Positions 59,501 to 64,000 of a stretch of DNA of 64,000 nucleotides are shown here, in pieces. Made by a program: the position numbers and the translations under genes. The stretch lies in contig JAYVIQ010000106.1 in NCBI GenBank assembly GCA_043770215.1, positions 13,729-77,728 on the forward strand, in the 5' to 3' direction. Numbering within the stretch: the first letter of the stretch is position 1; each line of letters opens with the position of its first letter. The notes below the pieces were generated by a model. The model was not told where the DNA came from and made no database searches. It saw only the letters and a list, made by a program, of their open reading frames with translations. The stretch is from Cytophagales bacterium. Its GTDB lineage: Bacteria > Bacteroidota > Bacteroidia > Cytophagales > JAAEPT01.

Positions 59501-59884
59501 TTTAAACTCCATTACAGATTCTCGGCAAGCTTTATTATAGTCTTCTACAGATATTTTTACACCAATATCTTCTTTTTTGATGCCTAGTTTTTTTTCTACT
59601 TGCAATTCTACTGGCAAACCGTGCGTATCCCAACCACCTTTTCTGTTGACTTGAAAGCCTTTTAGTGTTTTGTATCTACAAACAATGTCTTTGACTGTTC
59701 TTGCCATAACGTGGTGAATGCCTGGCATTCCATTGGCAGATGGAGGGCCTTCATAAAAAGTAAAGGAAGGCATGCCTTTGCGTACTTCGATGCTTTGCTC
59801 AAAAGTTTTGTCTGACTGCCAAGTGGCTAAAATGTCTTTGCCTATTTGGGCAAAATTTACTTGTTTGTATTCTTTGAACTTCAC
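56531..59884 (-). CDS. ileS: Isoleucine--tRNA ligase (long, type-2-like form)
   Basis: 1117 aa. HIGH-type motif (PGIHHVMAR), KMSKS, and a CP1 editing domain. Confidence 0.95.
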   Translation of the reverse strand: MKFKEYKQVNFAQIGKDILATWQSDKTFEQSIEVRKGMPSFTFYEGPPSANGMPGIHHVMARTVKDIVCRYKTLKGFQVNRKGGWDTHGLPVELQVEKKLGIKKEDIGVKISVEDYNKACRESVMEFKSHWDKLTLDMGYWVDLDDPYITFTNEYIESLWYLLSELYKKGMLYKGYTIQPYSPAAGTGLSSHELNQPGCYKDVKDTTVTAQFKIKGSENEYFLAWTTTPWTLPSNSALAVGEKIDYVKVATFNQYTFEPVKVILAKDLVAKYFNEKAQDLTLEDYKAGDKLIPFKIIAEYKGADLIGAEYEQLMPYVTPDNAFRVIAGDYVTTSDGTGIVHIAPTFGADDKRVADLAGIPAVTVKDVLGNDVPLVNKQGCFVAQVTDFAGEPVKEDYLDTIPEGYKNVDVQIAIKLKEENKAFDVKKYEHTYPHCWRTDKPILYYPMESWFIKTTAVKDKLVANNKKINWIPRATGEGRFGNWLENLVDWNLSRSRFWGTPLPIWRTKDGSQEICIGTIAELKTEIAKANDVLGINASTLSQKEVELNTRIHNLSELEDLHRPYADWLILVSDNGEPMYRESDLVDVWFDSGAMPYAQWHYLGNKSVLKNQFPADFIAEGVDQTRGWFFTLHAIATMLFEEEGGIAFKNVIANGLVQDKNGNKMSKSKGNAVDPFETIEKFGPDPTRWYMISNAQPYENLKFNTDLLLETSRKFFSTFHNTYNFFALYANLDAFDFSQAYIPLNQRTESDQWILSRLNSLLQQVDECYEQYDLTNAARAIQTFVSDELSNWYVRLNRKRFWKGEYDQGKEAAYQTLCECLLKISKISCPIAPFYFEKVYQDLNAVIKDSEYTSIHHTLYPAVDRQAINKVLEIKMDYAQRISSLVHSLRKGESIKVRQPLLKIMIPILKTEEKEYILAVADLIKTEVNIKEIEFIENTSDSVLVKKIKPNFKKLGAVYGKDMKEVAAIINQMSQENISELEISNAFGFELEGKKYILTLEDVELAFQDIPGWLVANDTSITVALDITITDELKKEGIARDFVNRIQNMRKETGLEVQDKINISVLDSADIVSEALKLNSEYICLETQALSLEFFADLENASKLEMDEFILEMTMTKA

Positions 59885-60107
59885 TTTGTAGAAAATGCTT
59901 TTTTATAACAATTTGTAAAGATAGGGATTGTGTTGGAGTTGCGAAATTATTTGAATAGGTAATTTCAAAACAGATTTGGAGGTATATCATTAAGATCTAG
60001 CCCTTTTATTTGATTTTAAAAAACGCAGGTAATTTAATATTGGCATATTTCATTTTACTGCATTATTTTAATATTGTACAATATCCATTTCCTTTTAAAA
60101 AAAATTG

Positions 60108-60272
60108 TGAATATCTGGTCTTTTAAAACTAGCGGAATTCATTAGTGATTTTGGGCGAAACCCTATCGGGTCAGGCTCTATGTCTTGCATTCTTTACTGA
60201 AAAAGCAAAAAAGAGTTCCGCTTAGATCCTTTTCACAAAAAAATAGGCGCTGGTATCATTGCGAATATCCAC
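60108..60272 (-). mobile_element. MITE-like repeat, copy 3 (inverted orientation, ~165 bp)
   Basis: The reverse complement aligns along its length to 25270-25438 (GTGGATATTCGCAATGATACCAGCGCCTA...GAGCCTGACCCGATAGGGTTTCGCCCAAAATCACTAAT...CCAGATATTCA). Confidence 0.7.
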
Positions 60273-60346
60273 TTTTTTTTGGTTAAAGAACTTTCAGAAT
60301 TAATTCTAATTGCAAATGTAAAATTGTAAAAATTAAATTTAATACT

Positions 60347-61612
60347 ATGCAAAATAAAACTAACGCCAATAAATCTATTTTAACATATTGGAAAAGAGAT
60401 GCCATTGCTGGGAGTATTACCGGAATGATGGCTATACCGCTTTCTATTGGTATTTGTATGATGAGTGAATTTCCCATTCAAACTGGTTTGATTACTGTTG
60501 TGGCCGCTTGTTTAATAGGGTTTGTAACGTATTTATTTAAGCCTGGAAATCATGTTGGAGTGCCTGGTGTTGCCGCTGGTTTGGCTCCAGCTTTAGCTTT
60601 TGGTGTGCATACATTTGGAATGGAAAATATGCCTTTTATTATATTTATTACATCTATTATTCAAGCTTTAGTTTGGCAATACAATTGGCAAAAATACATT
60701 TTGAAATTAGTGCCTAATTATTTAGTAGAAGGTTTACTTGCAGGAATTGGGCTCAAAATAGCGCTGAAATTTTTACCCTTCACTTATTTAACATTTAGTG
60801 ACCATCAGCATGCTTCATTTATTCTAGATTCTGATCATGAAATTGTGATGGCCTTGTCCTTAGTTTCATTTATAGGCTTTGTATGGTTGTACAAACGTTT
60901 TCAAAAAACATCGCCAGGATTGCCTTACATTATTATTATTGCTTTTGGAATAGTTTGTACGCTTGTTTTAAAACTGCCCATGTTAGAGATACCAAGCGCA
61001 CCTTTCTTATTACAATTGCCAATTCCAAAATTTAGTATGTTTACACCAATGCTATGCTTTCAAATGTTAGGTTTTTGTCTAATGCTTGCTACAATTGATG
61101 TAATAGAACAAGTAATGAGTAATGCAGCTATAGAAAAACTTGATCCGCTTGAAAGAAAATGCAATACAAACAACAGTCTTTTGGCCATATGGATGGCTAA
61201 CTTGGCTGCTAGTTTTTTTGGAGGAATGACAAACTTAGATGGATTGGCAAAAAGTTCTACTAATGCAGTAGCCGGTGCTGTCACAAAGCTATCTAATTTG
61301 TTTACAGCAGCTGTAATTTGCATTGTAATATTTTTCCCCGTATTACTATCCTACTTACCAGAATATTCTTTAGGAGTAATAATGATTTTTAGTGGTTGGA
61401 AGATGATTGCCGGACTAAGCCATGTAATCCATTTAGGAAAATATCAATTTGTTTTAGCCGTGTTTTGTGGAGTATTGGTTTTTAAGCTTGGTATATTTGA
61501 AGGTCTTCTATTGGCCATATTGCTACACTTTATAATATCATTTTTCTCTTTAAGAAACCAAGAGATTACTTTATCAGAGATTTGGAAAGTATTCAAAAAG
61601 AAAATTGCGTAG
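60347..61612 (+). CDS. SulP-family anion transporter, core domain only (no STAS)
   Basis: 421 aa, ~10-12 TMs, N-terminal DAIAGSITGMMAIPLSIG signature. Confidence 0.8.
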   Translation: MQNKTNANKSILTYWKRDAIAGSITGMMAIPLSIGICMMSEFPIQTGLITVVAACLIGFVTYLFKPGNHVGVPGVAAGLAPALAFGVHTFGMENMPFIIFITSIIQALVWQYNWQKYILKLVPNYLVEGLLAGIGLKIALKFLPFTYLTFSDHQHASFILDSDHEIVMALSLVSFIGFVWLYKRFQKTSPGLPYIIIIAFGIVCTLVLKLPMLEIPSAPFLLQLPIPKFSMFTPMLCFQMLGFCLMLATIDVIEQVMSNAAIEKLDPLERKCNTNNSLLAIWMANLAASFFGGMTNLDGLAKSSTNAVAGAVTKLSNLFTAAVICIVIFFPVLLSYLPEYSLGVIMIFSGWKMIAGLSHVIHLGKYQFVLAVFCGVLVFKLGIFEGLLLAILLHFIISFFSLRNQEITLSEIWKVFKKKIA

Positions 61613-61654
61613 CAATTCATAGACTTATTTTTTTGTGAGAACAAAAAAATGTAA

Positions 61655-61691
61655 AATAATATCCTCAATTAGTAATATTGAGGACATTATT
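61655..61691. terminator. Bidirectional terminator hairpin between the convergent SulP genes
   Basis: AATAATATCCTCAAT-TAGTAAT-ATTGAGGACATTATT, 14 of 15 bp stem. A second A/T-only hairpin lies at 61628-61649. Confidence 0.6.
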
Positions 61692-61805
61692 TTATGTAAT
61701 TCATTTTTATAGTAGTAAAAAAGGAGTGATTGTAACTTCTTAGCAAACTAAACGCCAATTATTTTATGAAAGCAGATATACAGAAGCAAAAATAAAGCAC
61801 TTATT

Positions 61806-64000
61806 TTAGAAACTAGTTTTATCCGTTATCAGTTTAGCTAAATTATTGGTAAAATCCATCAATTTTTTTAGGTCTGCGCTGTTTAGTAAATCAAAATCTT
61901 TATGAATCATTATAGAACCTCTTCTAGACTCTATAGAATAGTTGTTTTTATGCAACACCTCTTTGAATTCCTTTGAAAAGAATGTAGATAAATCTTCTTT
62001 ATTTTTGCCAAAAACATCATACTGGCTCATGCCTTCAATAGAAAATTTTTCAAAACCATACATTGAACTTGTGTTGGTGATCATAGAATCTCTTTCTAAG
62101 AAAAATTCTGGAAGGTATAAAACGTCTAAATTATTTATAATACAAATAGATGCAATTTCTATTTCCTTTGTAAAATCGCCTATTTTATTAAATTCGATGT
62201 CAGATAATAATACATTAAATTTAGGGTAAGTGCAGACCACTAATTTACGAGAGCTTCTAAATTTGTTGGCGATAGAAAAAGGGCTTAAATAAGGCCTAAT
62301 TACAGAAGGTCTTACAGCTATTTCAAATTCACATCCGTAAGAGTCTGCAAGATTTTTGTACTTTAATTGTCTTTTGGTCAACATACTATCTTTTCCAAAA
62401 TAAGGATTTGTCATTTTTTTACGTGCAGCCATAATGTGTTTAGACATAAAATGATGATTCTCAAATCCTAGCAAAGTAATGTTACCTCCCTGTTGCACAA
62501 AATCTAATTGCTGATGGTATATATTTTCTATAAAAGTATGATCTACTAATTTTACTTTGGAGAAATTAACTGTTACCCTTTCTTTTTTTGAAATTGATTC
62601 TAAAAAGTTTTTAAACTTTAAAAAGTTTATAAAATTAGCTACACCTATCAATTCTATTCTTTCCCCATCGCTGTCTTTTACCTTTATCATTCTAAGTCCA
62701 AAAAGCTCTTTAAAACCAATGCCGTGTGACATTTGAATCAGTACTTTTACCAAAATACCTGCTGCTACACCTACCAATAAATCTGTTAATAAAGTAACTA
62801 CCAATGTTACCAAAAACAAAAGCAATTGATCAAATCCTATTTCCTTTGCTTTTTTAAATTCTTTTGGAGAGGCCAACCTAAACCCTGTATAAATAAGCAT
62901 TGCTGATAAAGCCGCCACAGGAATTTTTTGAATTAAAACAGCCGCAAAAAAAGCAAATAAAAACAAAAATAAACCATGATAAAAGTTGCTCATTCTAGAT
63001 TTAGCACCATTATTTATATTTGCAGAACTTCTTACAATTTCAGAGATCATTGGCAAACCGCCAATAAAACCAGCAATAGTATTTCCTACACCAACGGCAA
63101 TTAAATCTCTATCCATATTGGTTTTGCGGTGTTCTGGGTCTAGAGTATCTATGGCTTTGGTACTTAATAAAGATTCTATGCTACCAATTAGAGCAAACAT
63201 AATGATGTATTTTATAGATACTGGGCTAAATATCTCTGAAAAATCTGGGAAGGTAATACCACTAAAAAAGTCACTTGGCAATGCTACTAAAAGTTGTCTA
63301 GGATCTATATGAAAATGTAAAGAAGCCAAATCATAATCATGTATTTGACCCAGATCGAAAACAAAGCCCAAGGGTATAGCTACGCCCAAAACTATTAGTG
63401 GTGCTGGAAATCTTTTGATGGTGGTTTGTTTGATTAAAGGATGCAGGAACAAAATTAAAATGCTTATCAATCCTATAAGTGCAACTTCTGGATTCCAGTT
63501 GGCCATGCTATTAGGGATTTCTTTTATAAGCTCAAAAGGTTCTTTGCTTTGCGGTACTACACCCATAGCAAAATGTATTTGTTTGCTCATAATAATGACT
63601 CCTATGGCAGCCAACATACCGTGTACTATAGATGCTGGGAAAAAATCACTGAGTTTACCAGACTTCACAAAACCTAACAGCACTTGAATTAGACCAGAAA
63701 CTACTATTACAGCTAGAGTAAGTACATATCCTTTGTGATGATTACCACCGCCTAACTCTTCAACTGAAGCAGCAGCTATGGCTATTAACCCTGCAGCAGG
63801 GCCTTTTATTGTAAGGGCACTTGTGGAAATGAAAGTAACTATTAGACCACCAATAACTGCTGTATAAATACCTGCAATAGGAGGGAATCCGCTTGCTTTA
63901 GCAATGCCCAAACATAATGGTAGAGCAATTAAAAATACTAAAAAACCAGATATTACATCTGATTTGTTGTGCTGAAGTAAAGCGTCTTTTTTGAAAAACA
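61806..64000 (-). CDS. SulP-family anion transporter with STAS-like region and an extra ~200-aa C-terminal domain (5-prime partial)
   Basis: The frame stays open upstream of the track's TTG start to the window edge (..DVISGFLVFLIALPLCLGIAKASG is the SulP N-terminal signature). The C-terminal 202 aa match nothing I recognise. Confidence 0.8.
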   Translation of the reverse strand, partial: FFKKDALLQHNKSDVISGFLVFLIALPLCLGIAKASGFPPIAGIYTAVIGGLIVTFISTSALTIKGPAAGLIAIAAASVEELGGGNHHKGYVLTLAVIVVSGLIQVLLGFVKSGKLSDFFPASIVHGMLAAIGVIIMSKQIHFAMGVVPQSKEPFELIKEIPNSMANWNPEVALIGLISILILFLHPLIKQTTIKRFPAPLIVLGVAIPLGFVFDLGQIHDYDLASLHFHIDPRQLLVALPSDFFSGITFPDFSEIFSPVSIKYIIMFALIGSIESLLSTKAIDTLDPEHRKTNMDRDLIAVGVGNTIAGFIGGLPMISEIVRSSANINNGAKSRMSNFYHGLFLFLFAFFAAVLIQKIPVAALSAMLIYTGFRLASPKEFKKAKEIGFDQLLLFLVTLVVTLLTDLLVGVAAGILVKVLIQMSHGIGFKELFGLRMIKVKDSDGERIELIGVANFINFLKFKNFLESISKKERVTVNFSKVKLVDHTFIENIYHQQLDFVQQGGNITLLGFENHHFMSKHIMAARKKMTNPYFGKDSMLTKRQLKYKNLADSYGCEFEIAVRPSVIRPYLSPFSIANKFRSSRKLVVCTYPKFNVLLSDIEFNKIGDFTKEIEIASICIINNLDVLYLPEFFLERDSMITNTSSMYGFEKFSIEGMSQYDVFGKNKEDLSTFFSKEFKEVLHKNNYSIESRRGSIMIHKDFDLLNSADLKKLMDFTNNLAKLITDKTSF

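Noticed and set aside
15668-60272. Whether the three related repeats could be a CRISPR array or its remnants.
   Set aside because: The copies are 10-35 kb apart and 120-169 bp long. One is inverted, there is no regular repeat-spacer periodicity, and no cas genes are present.

Overview
This 64-kb window looks like chromosome from a low-GC Bacteroidota genome, probably Flavobacteriia- or Cytophagia-like. The taxon call is an inference from T9SS C-terminal sorting domains, a long type-2-like IleRS, the panC / short glycogen synthase / DUF4270-like synteny, TAnnTTTG-type promoter motifs and the absence of Shine-Dalgarno sequences. Most of the window is densely packed core genes: nth, rluB, rng, HU, mutY, ssb, panC, ridA, recO, hemA, aspS, prfA, corA, lspA and ileS. 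Lineage-typical content includes two T9SS-sorted proteins, an ECF sigma/anti-sigma module, a kynurenine-pathway pair next to DPP-IV, an arsenosugar-type pair (arsS plus an AhpD-like protein), a compact 5-gene glycan operon and two convergent SulP transporters. I recognised no rRNA, tRNA, CRISPR array, integrase, transposase or prophage genes. I did not find a convincing new multi-gene system, and I say so plainly. The observations most worth follow-up are: (1) a three-copy, 120-169 bp, inverted-repeat-bounded MITE-like element family in intergenic DNA, one copy with flanking direct repeats; (2) three gene lesions, namely a 1-nt frameshift in ssb, a frameshift splitting a beta-barrel gene behind the ECF module, and a truncated phospholipase-D relic with an in-frame stop, which mean either assembly errors or real gene decay; (3) a 29-aa lysine/arginine-rich ORF absent from the ORF track that resembles bS22/mS38-type ribosomal peptides; (4) an arsS pair without arsM, plus a NIP-like aquaporin elsewhere in the window; (5) a SulP transporter with an unassigned ~200-aa C-terminal domain; (6) several small candidate regulatory repeats. 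All functional calls rest on reading motifs in the supplied translations by eye. No database search was run.
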